A stretch of 64,000 bases of DNA from Rhodospirillales bacterium 70-18 (GTDB lineage: Bacteria; Pseudomonadota; Alphaproteobacteria; Acetobacterales; Acetobacteraceae): contig MKWE01000021.1 in the NCBI GenBank assembly GCA_001899585.1, positions 2,388 through 66,387 on the forward strand, written 5' to 3'. The notes beneath the pieces were generated by a model. The model did not search any database and was not told the origin of the DNA. It worked only from the letters and a program-made list of their open reading frames with translations. This document shows positions 29,486 to 38,546 of the stretch, in pieces. The stretch's first letter is position 1; the number at the start of each line of letters is the position of its first letter. The translations under genes were made by a program, and so were the position numbers.

Positions 29486-30352
29486 CTATCCCCCGCGCCG
29501 CGACAGGAAGGCCAGGCGCTCGAACAGGTGCACGTCCTGCTCGTTTTTCAGCAGCGCGCCATGCAGCGGCGGGATCACGGTATGGCCGTCCTTGCTGCGC
29601 AGCACCTCGGGCGACAGCTCGTCCACCATCAGCAGCTTCAGCCAGTCCAACAGTTCCGAGGTCGCCGGCTTCTTCTTCAGCCCCGGCACGTCGCGCACCT
29701 TGAAGAACACGTTCAGCGCCTCGCGCGCCAGGTCCTGGCGGATATCTGGGTAATGGGTCTGGACGATCAGCTCCATCGTCTCGCGGTCGGGGAAGCGGAT
29801 GTAGTGGAAGAAGCAGCGGCGCAGGAAGGCGTCCGGCAGCTCCTTCTCGTTGTTGGAGGTGATGATCACGATCGGCCGCTGCCGCGCCACCACGGTCTGG
29901 CGGGTTTCGTAGACAAAGAACTGCATCCGGTCGAGTTCCAGCAGCAGGTCGTTGGGGAACTCGATATCCGCCTTGTCGATCTCGTCGATCAGCACCACCG
30001 ACTGCGCCGGCGAGTCGAAGGCATCCCACAGCTTGCCGCGCACGATGTAGTTGCCGATATCGTGCACCCGCGGGTCGCCAAGCTGGCCGTCGCGCAGGCG
30101 CGAGACGGCGTCGTATTCATACAGCCCCTGCTGGGCCTTGGTGGTGGACTTGATGTGCCATTCGATCAGCGGATGGCCGAGCGCCTTGGCCACCTCATGC
30201 GCCAGCACGGTCTTGCCGGTGCCGGGTTCGCCTTTCACCAGCAGCGGCCGCTGCAACGTCACCGCCGCATTGACCGCGACTTCCAGGTCGCGGGAGGCGA
30301 TGTAGTTCTCGGTGCTCTTGAATCCGGCCACGCCCTGCTCCCTTGCCTTCAA
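29486..30352 (-). CDS. MoxR-family AAA+ ATPase (CoxD-like)
   Basis: 288 aa. Walker A GEPGTGKT, Walker B VVLIDEIDKA, ...IITSNNEKELPDAFLRRC. Confidence 0.9.
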   Translation of the reverse strand: MKAREQGVAGFKSTENYIASRDLEVAVNAAVTLQRPLLVKGEPGTGKTVLAHEVAKALGHPLIEWHIKSTTKAQQGLYEYDAVSRLRDGQLGDPRVHDIGNYIVRGKLWDAFDSPAQSVVLIDEIDKADIEFPNDLLLELDRMQFFVYETRQTVVARQRPIVIITSNNEKELPDAFLRRCFFHYIRFPDRETMELIVQTHYPDIRQDLAREALNVFFKVRDVPGLKKKPATSELLDWLKLLMVDELSPEVLRSKDGHTVIPPLHGALLKNEQDVHLFERLAFLSRRGG

Positions 30353-30431
30353 CCAGGGAGTGTCGGGGGCCGGGCGATGCTTCGCAAGAGGGGGCCGGCA
30401 CGCCGCCGCGGCGGCGGACTGGCGCGGCCGC

Positions 30432-30782
30432 TCAGTTGGAGGGGCTGGCCGCGATCACAAAAGCCGGGACCACATGCGAATTTCGAGACGAAATCCCAGG
30501 AATGCCGACCGGGTCCGCGACCACCCGCACCGGGCACCCGCCATTGGCGGCATTGCCCGACTGGCAGCCCCCGGCGGTGGCGAAGTTCAATGTCTGCATC
30601 ACCGGGGCCATCGTCTGGGACATAAAATTCGTCGCCACCTGGTTCATTCTCTCAGTCAGGCCGGACCCGACCGTCTGGCCGACAAAAGCCGCCGTGCCCA
30701 TAACGATCATCGCGACAATGACGTATTCCATCAATGCGTTGCCGCGCCGGTCGGATACAATGCGGATTTTCAGATCGGCCAT
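30432..30782 (-). CDS. Flp/Fap-like type IVb pilin with a long C-terminal extension (putative)
   Basis: MADLKIRIVSDRRG/NALMEYVIVAMIVMGTAAFVG fits the Flp G/XXXXEY processing motif plus a hydrophobic helix. A roughly 60-aa tail carries a Cys pair (GGCQSGNAANGGC). Codon third positions are visibly less G/C-rich than in neighbours, and the upstream region is AT-rich. Confidence 0.55.
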   Translation of the reverse strand: MADLKIRIVSDRRGNALMEYVIVAMIVMGTAAFVGQTVGSGLTERMNQVATNFMSQTMAPVMQTLNFATAGGCQSGNAANGGCPVRVVADPVGIPGISSRNSHVVPAFVIAASPSN

Positions 30783-31067
30783 CAAAAGACACCCTAATCG
30801 GAAAGTCGTTTCTGAAAGCGCCGAAGGCATCCCGCGATCAGGCGCGGAGGACTAATCCTTCTATGACATTCGATTTATGACTAAATGACGCGCTGCGCAA
30901 TTGCAAATCAAGGGCGTTAACCAATTTTGTGCGGAATTTCTCGATAAAAGTATCATTTTTTAGACAAGCCGCTGACACGAGCGCCATCGCCTTGAGGCGC
31001 AGGCCCACCACACCCTCCGGTGAGTCCGGCGTTCGCCGCTTTCCGCCGGGAACCGGGCCGCCGCCGG

Positions 31068-32351
31068 TCAGCCGGCTTCGGGGGCGCTCCAGGCCGTTGG
31101 GTATCCGAGGTCACGTTGCAGCTCCGCACCTCCCAGTTGGAGGAAGCGCGCCTCAACCTGCTCGCTCCAGTGGCGGCTGCCGTCGGACCGCGCTCCGGAA
31201 TAGGTCTTGGTCGGGTGGCCCACCACCTCGTTCATGAACAGCGAAACCAAGTCCCGGCTGCCACCTACACCGACATGCGCCGCGATCGCCTCCAGCGCCA
31301 GGCGCTGCTCGACCTGGCCCGCATCGCCCATCAGCTCCTCGAACCGGCATACTAGCACACCAGGCTCACCCCGCCAGCCAGCCACCGAGCGCATCATGCC
31401 GATCAGCGGCGAGCCCCACTGGTCCAGGAACGCCGCCAACCTCTCGGGCCCATCCGGCAGTTCCATCCACGTCTTCGGCGCGTCCTCGGCACGGCCCGGC
31501 AGCTCAAAGAACCGCATGAACGACACCAGGGCATCGCGCGCATCGCGGATTTGCAGGATCCGGACCATATTGGCCGTCGCCGCCACGCAGGGCGCCATGT
31601 GTTCAAGATGGCCAACGACGAACTGGCCCGCCGCGGTCAAGCCCGCCGAAACCTCGATCGGGATATGGGTGGTGAACCGACGGTAGTCCGATTGCGCCTC
31701 GGCGATCGACTTATGGCGATAGTCGGTGAAGCCGTGCCGATCGACATGCACCTGGGTATTCACCAGCCCCAACCGCTCCAGCAGCCTGGCGACCATATAG
31801 GTGCCGGCCTTCGGCTGCGTGATCAGGCATACCGGCCCCGGCCCCGGGCCCGGGCCAATGAGCGGGGAAAACGCCAGCGTGCCATCCGCCAGCGGATACA
31901 CCGCCGTGCGCGGAGAGCCCTGGGTCTGCAGATACAGAATGGCCTGGTTGCCTGTACCGGCGGCCACGGTCCGGGCCACCAGGGCGAGTGTCGATGCGGC
32001 GACGGCATCGCGCTGGTCCTGCATCGCCTCCAGGCGCTGCCTCAGCCGCTCCACCTCGCGCAGATGCCCCGCGGCCGCCTCGCCCGCAGCCGCCAGCTCG
32101 GCGCGCAGCACCGCTGCGGCCCGCCCCGACTCCTCGGCCTGCCGCGCGTGCGCATCAGCCTCGTCGCGCGCCAGCGCCAACTCCGCCCGCACGGCCGCCA
32201 AGGCACGATCATGCTCCTCCGTCACCCGCGCCATCGGATCGTCGGCGGCATCGGTCAGCGGACCATCCGCGTCCCGCGGACGCACCGAACCGCCGAAGGC
32301 GAGCCCGAACCGCCGGACCAACCCGCGCGATGCACCCCAGATGTCTGCCAT
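31068..32351 (-). CDS. sulfotransferase domain protein with an N-terminal coiled-coil region
   Basis: 427 aa. Ala/Glu/Arg-rich heptad-like N-terminus, a PGPGPGP linker, 5'-PSB-like ITQPKAGTYM and 3'-PB-like IRDARDALVSF. Confidence 0.75.
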   Translation of the reverse strand: MADIWGASRGLVRRFGLAFGGSVRPRDADGPLTDAADDPMARVTEEHDRALAAVRAELALARDEADAHARQAEESGRAAAVLRAELAAAGEAAAGHLREVERLRQRLEAMQDQRDAVAASTLALVARTVAAGTGNQAILYLQTQGSPRTAVYPLADGTLAFSPLIGPGPGPGPVCLITQPKAGTYMVARLLERLGLVNTQVHVDRHGFTDYRHKSIAEAQSDYRRFTTHIPIEVSAGLTAAGQFVVGHLEHMAPCVAATANMVRILQIRDARDALVSFMRFFELPGRAEDAPKTWMELPDGPERLAAFLDQWGSPLIGMMRSVAGWRGEPGVLVCRFEELMGDAGQVEQRLALEAIAAHVGVGGSRDLVSLFMNEVVGHPTKTYSGARSDGSRHWSEQVEARFLQLGGAELQRDLGYPTAWSAPEAG

Positions 32352-32585
32352 CCTGGCCGGTCTCCTGATCGAGCAAGCACACTCGCGGATGTGCGCCGAC
32401 AGCTAGGTCGTGTCCAGCCTGCCGCCGGCCCATGATAGCCGCCATCGCCGAGGGAGATGCTCGCGCCCCGCAACAAATATGCTAGGGGATGGTCACATCG
32501 CCACTCTTCGGCGCCGCCAGACAGCAGTCACCCCTCCGGAGAGTGGCCGAAACGCCGGGCTTTCATTCGAAACGAAGAGGACGTG

Positions 32586-33017
32586 ATGACGGATGTCGAA
32601 AATGCGAAGGCCGCCGGCTTCCTGGGCTACAGCGGATTTTCCACCATCTACGGCGAATTGACCGCCGAACTGCCCTTCAACCACTGCGACGCCCAGATGT
32701 TCGGCCGCGTCACCACCGGCGCGGGCGCCGTGGTCACCAAGGATGTGGCGCCCTATTCCATCGTCGTCGGCTCGCCCGCCAGGCACATCCGCTACCGCCT
32801 GCCCGAGCCCCTCGCGGCGCAGGTGCTTGCGTCGGAATGGTGGGGCTGGGATCTCAGCGGCATCCCCGGCCAGCGCGACTACACCGACCCGGCGGCCTTC
32901 CTGCGGCGATTCCACGCGGCGCGGGACAGCGGGCGCCTGAACCGGCTCGCGCCGCCCGTCATCACCATCACCGCCCAGCGCCTGTCGGCCAACTCGGCGG
33001 CCATGCTCGCGCCCTAA
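32586..33017 (+). pseudogene. remnant of a hexapeptide-repeat (CatB/Vat-type) acetyltransferase
   Basis: Only the C-terminal block is recognisable (GAGAVVTKDVAPYSIVVGSPARHIRYRLPEPLAAQVLASEWWGWDL). The left-handed beta-helix repeats expected upstream are missing. Confidence 0.5.
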
Positions 33018-33058
33018 GGGGCGGCCGCGCCAGCCTGCCGGTATGCGGGGATAAGGAA

Positions 33059-33133
33059 TGGTGGGCGCGACAGGGATTGAACCTGTGACCCCCTCCGTGT
33101 CAGGGAGGTGCTCTCCCGCTGAGCTACGCGCCC
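33059..33133 (-). tRNA. tRNA-Val (anticodon GAC)
   Basis: The reverse complement folds by hand into a cloverleaf: GGGCGCG-UA-GCUC-AGCGGGA-GAGC-A-CCUCC-CUGACAC-GGAGG-GGGUC-ACAGG-UUCAAUC-CCUGU-CGCGCCC-A-CCA. Confidence 0.93.
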
Positions 33134-33215
33134 ACGAGCCGCGGTGGAGCGCCGTTCCTAGAGAATTGCCGCCGCCTGCGCAAGCCCTCCACGCACGGCC
33201 CCGGCCCGCCCCCGC

Positions 33216-33836
33216 CTACTTGCCGCGCACCATCGCCAGCCCCAGCCCGGCGCCCACCAGCAGCCCGCCGGAGATGCGATTGCGCAGCCGCCCGCGCGCC
33301 GCCAGCACGCCGCGCGCCCGTCCCGCCAGCACCGCCCAGGCGCTGTCCAGCAGCACCGCCACCACCAGGAACGTCGCCGCCAGCACCAGCACCTGCGTCC
33401 CCGCATCGCCGCGCTCCGGGCGCACGAACTGCGGAAAGAACGCGCCATAGAACAGCAGCGTCTTCGGGTTGGTCAGGCTCACCACCACCCCGCGCCACAT
33501 CATCGCCGCCACCGAGCGCGGCTGCGCCCGCACCAGCGTCAGGTCCACCGGGGCCGCCCGCCACTGCCGCACCCCCAGCCACAGGAGATACGCCACGCCC
33601 GCCCAGCGCAGCCACTCGAACACCCCCGCCAGCGTTCCCAACAGCGTGGTCATGCCCAGCCAGGTCAGCCCCAGCTGCACCACCATCGCGGCACTGGTCC
33701 CGGCCACCGTCAGCAGCCCGAACCGCGTGCCATAGGCCATGCTGTTGGCCACGATCAGCGCCACGTTCGGCCCCGGCATCAGGATCAGCAGCGACACCGT
33801 CGCCACGAACGCCAGATACAGCCCCGGATCGACCAT
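33216..33836 (-). CDS. LysE/RhtB family amino-acid exporter
   Basis: 206 aa. ...SLLILMPGPNVALIVANS... plus 5-6 hydrophobic helices. Confidence 0.88.
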   Translation of the reverse strand: MVDPGLYLAFVATVSLLILMPGPNVALIVANSMAYGTRFGLLTVAGTSAAMVVQLGLTWLGMTTLLGTLAGVFEWLRWAGVAYLLWLGVRQWRAAPVDLTLVRAQPRSVAAMMWRGVVVSLTNPKTLLFYGAFFPQFVRPERGDAGTQVLVLAATFLVVAVLLDSAWAVLAGRARGVLAARGRLRNRISGGLLVGAGLGLAMVRGK

Positions 33837-33845
33837 CCCCGCCTC

Positions 33846-35024
33846 CTACAGCAGCCCCCGCTCGGCCAGATTGCGCATCAGCGCCCCCGCCCCGAACCGC
33901 CACGCCTCGCACTGGTCGGTCGGCCGGATGCGGTTTACCAGCCGCCCCAGCCGCGGCGCCGCGATGGTCACGATATCCCCCGCCCGATGCGTGAACCCCT
34001 TGCCCACCGCGCCGCGATCGTCGATCGGCGCGAACATCGTCCCCAGGTACAGCACCGCCCCGTCGGGGAACCGGTGATGCGCGTTCAGCATCTGCGCCGC
34101 CAGGTCGGCCGGGTCGCGGCTGATCCGCGCCATCGAGGAGGCGCCCTCCAGCCGGAAATCATCCTCCCCCTCCACCGTCAGCGACACCACGGCCGCGCGC
34201 ACGTCGTCCATGCCGAACCCGCCGTCGAAGAACCGCACGAACGGCCCCACCGCCGCCGAGCCGTTATTGTCCTTCGCCTTGCTCAGCAGCAGCGCCGACC
34301 GTCCCTCCACGTCGCGCAGGTTCACGTCGTTGCCGAGCGTCGCCCCCACCACCCGCCCGTCGGAGGCCACCACCAGCACCACCTCCGGCTCCGGATTGTT
34401 CCAGGAGGAGCCGGGATGCACCCCGGCATCCATCCCCGTCCCCACCGCCGCCATCGGCTGCGCCTTGGTGAATATCTCCGCGTCCGGCCCGATCCCCACT
34501 TCCAAGTACTGGCTCCACGCCCCCTGGTCGATCAGCACCTGCTTCAGCTTCGCCGCCTCCGCCGAGCCAGGCTTCAGCCGCGCCAGGTCGTCGCCGATCA
34601 GCGCCCGCACCTCCTCGCGCAGCACCGCCGCCGCCGCCAGGTCGCCGCGCGCCCGCTCCTCGATCACCCGCTCCAGCATCGATATCGCGAAGGTCACCCC
34701 GGCGGCCTTGATCGCCTGCAGGTCGATCGGCGCCAGCAGCCACGGCCGGCCGGCGTCGCGGGTATCGGCCGGGGTGTTGGCCAGCACCGACTCCAGGCTG
34801 CCCAGCACCGGCCCGGCCGCCGCCCGCAGCGCCGCCGCCGGGTCGGGCGCCTCGCACAGGTCGCGCATGGTCGGGAAGGCGGCGGAGATGTCCACTACCC
34901 CCTCGGCGCGGATCGCCACCACGCTCGGCCCGTTCACCTCCGGCCGCCACACCCGCCCGGCCAGCGCGCCGGCCACCCCGTCATCCGGCAAGGCCGGCGC
35001 CAACGCATCCTGAAACCGGCTCAT
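33846..35024 (-). CDS. fumarylacetoacetate hydrolase (FAH) family protein, long form
   Basis: 392 aa. ...GNDVNLRDVEGRSALLLSKAKDNN...GTMFAP... Confidence 0.8.
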   Translation of the reverse strand: MSRFQDALAPALPDDGVAGALAGRVWRPEVNGPSVVAIRAEGVVDISAAFPTMRDLCEAPDPAAALRAAAGPVLGSLESVLANTPADTRDAGRPWLLAPIDLQAIKAAGVTFAISMLERVIEERARGDLAAAAVLREEVRALIGDDLARLKPGSAEAAKLKQVLIDQGAWSQYLEVGIGPDAEIFTKAQPMAAVGTGMDAGVHPGSSWNNPEPEVVLVVASDGRVVGATLGNDVNLRDVEGRSALLLSKAKDNNGSAAVGPFVRFFDGGFGMDDVRAAVVSLTVEGEDDFRLEGASSMARISRDPADLAAQMLNAHHRFPDGAVLYLGTMFAPIDDRGAVGKGFTHRAGDIVTIAAPRLGRLVNRIRPTDQCEAWRFGAGALMRNLAERGLL

Positions 35025-35046
35025 CGCCCTCTCCCCACTCTGTTCT

Positions 35047-35988
35047 TCAACGCCCCAGCACGTCGCCCGCGCCGGTCCGCTCCACGATCAGCCCGTAATG
35101 CTCCGGCCGCCGGTGCTTCTCGAAATTGAAGATGCTGGTCTTGTAGCTGGTGCACAGATCCAGGTCGCACCGCGCCACCTGCAACTCGTCGCCCAGCGTC
35201 GTGCACTGCACCATCAGCTCGCCGGAGGGCGCGATCACGCAGGACTGGCCGATCTGGTCCACCCCCTCCTCCACCCCGGCCTTGGCCACCCCCGCCACGA
35301 ACGTCCCGTTCTGGTACGCCCCGGCCTGCATCACCAGCTGGTTGTGGAAATTGCCCAGGTCGTCGGTCTGCGGCATCGCCGGGTTGTGCACCGGGGTGTT
35401 GTAGCCCAGCACCACCAGCTCCACCCCCTGCAGCCCCATCACCCGGTACGCCTCCGGCCAGCGCCGGTCGTTGCACACCATCATGCCGACCCGCCCGCCG
35501 AAGGCGTGCCACACCGGGAACCCCAGGTCGCCGACCTCGAAATACCGCTTCTCCAGGTTCTGGAACGGCTCCCCCGGCCGCGGCTCCACATAGCCCGGCA
35601 GGTGCACCTTGCGGTATTTGCCGATGATCCCGCCATCCTTGCCGACCAGGATCGAGGTATTGAACCGCCGCTTGCGCCCGGTGGAGAAATCCAGCTCCGC
35701 GTAGCCCAGGTGGAACCCGATCCCCAGCCGCGCCGCCGCGTCGAACAGCGGCTGCACCGCCGGGTTCGGCATCGCCCGCTCGAAATACGAGTCGAGCTCC
35801 TCCTCGTCGGTGATCAGCCAGTGCGGGAAAAACGCGGTCAGCGCCGCCTCGGTGTACACCACCAGGTCGCACCCCATCCGCGCCGCGTCCTGCATCAGCG
35901 CGAGCAGCCGCGCCACCACGTCCTGCCGGCTTTCACTGCGCGCGATCGGCCCCATCTGGGCGATCCCGACGGTCACGATACGGCTCAT
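35047..35988 (-). CDS. carbon-nitrogen hydrolase (N-carbamoyl-D-amino-acid hydrolase-like)
   Basis: 313 aa. ...VVYTEAAL..., ...KYRKVHLPG..., ...GMMVCNDRRWPE... gives the nitrilase-superfamily E-K-C triad context. Confidence 0.85.
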   Translation of the reverse strand: MSRIVTVGIAQMGPIARSESRQDVVARLLALMQDAARMGCDLVVYTEAALTAFFPHWLITDEEELDSYFERAMPNPAVQPLFDAAARLGIGFHLGYAELDFSTGRKRRFNTSILVGKDGGIIGKYRKVHLPGYVEPRPGEPFQNLEKRYFEVGDLGFPVWHAFGGRVGMMVCNDRRWPEAYRVMGLQGVELVVLGYNTPVHNPAMPQTDDLGNFHNQLVMQAGAYQNGTFVAGVAKAGVEEGVDQIGQSCVIAPSGELMVQCTTLGDELQVARCDLDLCTSYKTSIFNFEKHRRPEHYGLIVERTGAGDVLGR

Positions 35989-36135
35989 GCGGCCTCCCCT
36001 GGATTGCCGCCCGAGACTGCCACGGGCGGCACGGCCAGACCAGGGGCGACCAAAGCAGGGGGGACGCCCCCCACCCTTGCGTTACGCGCCGGCAGGCGCA
36101 CCCTGCGCCACCCACTCCCGCGCGAGGATCACCCC

Positions 36136-37194
36136 ATGCCCGAATTCCCCCCCGTCCGCTTCGGCATCCTCGGTGCCGCCAACATCGCCCGCCAGTTCAC
36201 CAGCGGCCTCGCCGGCTCCGCCCTGGCGCGGGTCGAGGCGGTGGCCAGCCGCGGCGCCGACAAGGCCGCCGCCTTCGCCGCCGAATGTGTCATCCCGCGC
36301 AGCCACCCCAGCTACGAGGCGCTGCTGGCCGACCCCGAAATCGAGGCCATCTACATCCCGCTGCCCAACCACCTGCACGCCGAATGGGTGTTGCGCTGCC
36401 TCGCCGCCGGCAAGCACGTGCTGTGCGAGAAACCCTTCACCATGACCTCCACCGAGGCCCGCGCCGCCTTCGCCGCAGCCCGCGCGGCCGGGCTGTGCCT
36501 GGCCGAGGCGTATCCCTACATGTCCCAGCCGCAAACCCTGCGCCTGCGCGAGCTGCTCGCCGAGGGCGCCATCGGCCGCGTCCAGCTCGCCACCGCCGCC
36601 TTCGGCTTCGCCATCGCCAGCCCGGAGGGCGCGCCGCTGGTGGACCCGGCCAATATCCGCCTCGACCCGAAGGCCGGCGGCGGCGCGCTGCGCGATGCCG
36701 GCACCTACGCCATGAGCCTGCTGCGCCTGGCCATCGGCGAGGCGCCGCGGCGCGCCCGCGCCACCGGCCGCTTCACCCAGGGCGGCGTGGACCAGACCGT
36801 CGCCGCCACGCTGGAATTCCCCGGCGGCGCCATCGCCCAGCTCACCACCAGCCTCGCCACCGCCGCCCACCGTCACGCCGTGGTGATCGGCGAGCGCGGG
36901 GTGATCGAAACCGGCTACAGCAACCACGGCCCCATCGCCCCCAGCCCCGAAGCCGGCCGCATCAGCCTGCGCATCAAGCGCGGCGCCGCCGGCACGGTGC
37001 CGTTCGCCACCGAGGAACTGCCGGCCGGCAACGGCTTCCTGGCCGAGGCGGACTCCTTCGCCCGCATGGTCCGCCAGGGCCCGGAGCACTGGAACGGCGC
37101 CAGCGAGGCGGAATCCATCGACACCGTCCGCGCCCTGGAAGCCATCGACGCCAGCCTGCACGGCGACGGCGGCTGGGTGGAACTGGCGGCGTAA
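36136..37194 (+). CDS. Gfo/Idh/MocA family oxidoreductase
   Basis: MPEFPPVRFGILGAANIARQF...IYIPLPNHLH...GKHVLCEKP. C-terminal part of track ORF 35098..37194. Confidence 0.88.
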   Translation: MPEFPPVRFGILGAANIARQFTSGLAGSALARVEAVASRGADKAAAFAAECVIPRSHPSYEALLADPEIEAIYIPLPNHLHAEWVLRCLAAGKHVLCEKPFTMTSTEARAAFAAARAAGLCLAEAYPYMSQPQTLRLRELLAEGAIGRVQLATAAFGFAIASPEGAPLVDPANIRLDPKAGGGALRDAGTYAMSLLRLAIGEAPRRARATGRFTQGGVDQTVAATLEFPGGAIAQLTTSLATAAHRHAVVIGERGVIETGYSNHGPIAPSPEAGRISLRIKRGAAGTVPFATEELPAGNGFLAEADSFARMVRQGPEHWNGASEAESIDTVRALEAIDASLHGDGGWVELAA

Positions 37195-37229
37195 CGGGGC
37201 AGGTTGTGGGGGCGGGGCGTCGCTCCGCC

Positions 37230-37823
37230 CTATTCCTGCGGCTTCAGCACCCGCGACACGAGAATATAGCCAAGCCCGGTGCTGACGAAATTCACCCCGA
37301 GCAGAATGCCCAGCACCAGCACCGAGATCCCCGGCCAGCCGGCGGCGATCAGGACCGCCATCACGATGCTGGCGATGCCCGAAAGCAGCATGCCCACCCA
37401 GCCGGCATGCGGGCGCATCTCGAAGGCGAACGCAATCTCGAACGCGCCCTGGAACGTGAAGATCACGCCCAGCATCAGCGTGAGCGCGACGGCGCCGGCG
37501 AGCGGATTGAACAGCAGGAACACCCCCGCGGCGATCGACAGCAGGCCGATCAGCAGCGCTCCGAAGAACGGCCCGGTGCCATGGATGGAGAACGAGCCGA
37601 ACAGCGCGACGGCGCCGGAGATCAGCAGCACCCAGCCAACCAGCAGCGCCGCCACCAGGGTGGAAAACAGCGGAAAGACGATCGCGGCCACCCCCAGCAC
37701 GACCAGCACCACACCGAGCCAGAACAACGTGCCGGATGCGGCCCGGAGGCGGCCATGGAACAAGGTGTCATAGGGTCCATTGCGGGACGAGGTGTCGCTC
37801 ACGGCATGTCTCCTGCGCTGCAT
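37230..37823 (-). CDS. HdeD family (DUF308) acid-resistance membrane protein
   Basis: Six hydrophobic helices in three repeats of the DUF308 pattern. The start is the ATG at 37823, or the GTG at 37802 preceded by AGGAGA. Confidence 0.8.
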   Translation of the reverse strand: MQRRRHAVSDTSSRNGPYDTLFHGRLRAASGTLFWLGVVLVVLGVAAIVFPLFSTLVAALLVGWVLLISGAVALFGSFSIHGTGPFFGALLIGLLSIAAGVFLLFNPLAGAVALTLMLGVIFTFQGAFEIAFAFEMRPHAGWVGMLLSGIASIVMAVLIAAGWPGISVLVLGILLGVNFVSTGLGYILVSRVLKPQE

Positions 37824-38138
37824 GTATCGATCGGGCATCACCCGGGCCACCCGGGCAATCCGCGCCGGCCGGCATTTTCCATTGGCCAATGGTCTGGCCC
37901 GATCCGGGCGGATTCTAGTCGTCATCGAAGCCGGCTGGCAATAAGTCTGTCGATGAAACCTTGACATTCGTCGCATGATTACTGGCGAGAACTGCCGAGC
38001 AGCCTCGGGCGAACCATCGCCCCGGCCCCCGCCCTTGCTTCCCCTCCCCCAGCCAAGCGACACTCCGCCGCAACGCGACCGCTTCCATGCGGGCGCCGTC
38101 CCCGCCGAAACCGCCGCACCGCCCGAGGAGATCGCCGC

Positions 38139-38546
38139 ATGACCGCACCCGCCGCCATCCGCCGCCTGCAGCCGGAGGCCCGGCTGTGCGGCGCCACCGT
38201 CCACGGCGGCACCGTCTACCTCGCCGGCCAGGTCGCCGACGACCCCAGCCAGGACGCCGAGGGCCAGACCGCCGATATCCTGCGCCAGATCGACGCCCTG
38301 CTGGCCGAAGCCGGCACCGACAGGCGCAACCTGCTGATGGTGCAGATCTTCATCGCCGACCTCGCCGATTTCGACGCGATGAACCGCGCCTGGGACGCCT
38401 GGATCGACCCCGCCCACCTGCCCGCCCGCGCCACCGTGCAGGCGAAGCTGCACCATCCGGCCTGGCGCCTGGAGATCACCGCCACCGCCGCCCTGCCCAC
38501 CCCCACCCTGCCCACTCCCACCCTGCCCACTCCCACCCTACCGTGA
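38139..38546 (+). CDS. RidA/YjgF family protein with a C-terminal (LPTPT)n tail
   Basis: ...VYLAGQVADDP...QTADILRQIDALLAEAG...LLMVQIFIADLADFDAMN..W...PARATVQAKL. Confidence 0.85.
   Translation: MTAPAAIRRLQPEARLCGATVHGGTVYLAGQVADDPSQDAEGQTADILRQIDALLAEAGTDRRNLLMVQIFIADLADFDAMNRAWDAWIDPAHLPARATVQAKLHHPAWRLEITATAALPTPTLPTPTLPTPTLP
38493..38543 (+). repeat. 15-bp tandem repeat, about 3.4 copies (CTGCCCAC[C/T]CCCACC)
   Basis: Read directly. Encodes LPTPT LPTPT LPTPT LP at the RidA C-terminus and abuts the GTGA start/stop junction with the next gene. Confidence 0.9.

Noticed and set aside
32489-33088. 199-aa ORF reading through the acetyltransferase remnant into the tRNA gene
   Set aside because: It has an Arg/Pro/Gly-rich composition, overlaps a tRNA, and has no motifs. 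The other frame carries the recognisable hexapeptide-transferase C-terminus.
30432-33133. Calling the tRNA-Val-adjacent segment a bona fide genomic island or mobile element
   Set aside because: I could find no integrase, transposase or flanking direct repeat by eye. It is therefore reported only as a compositional and contextual hypothesis, not as a mobile_element feature.
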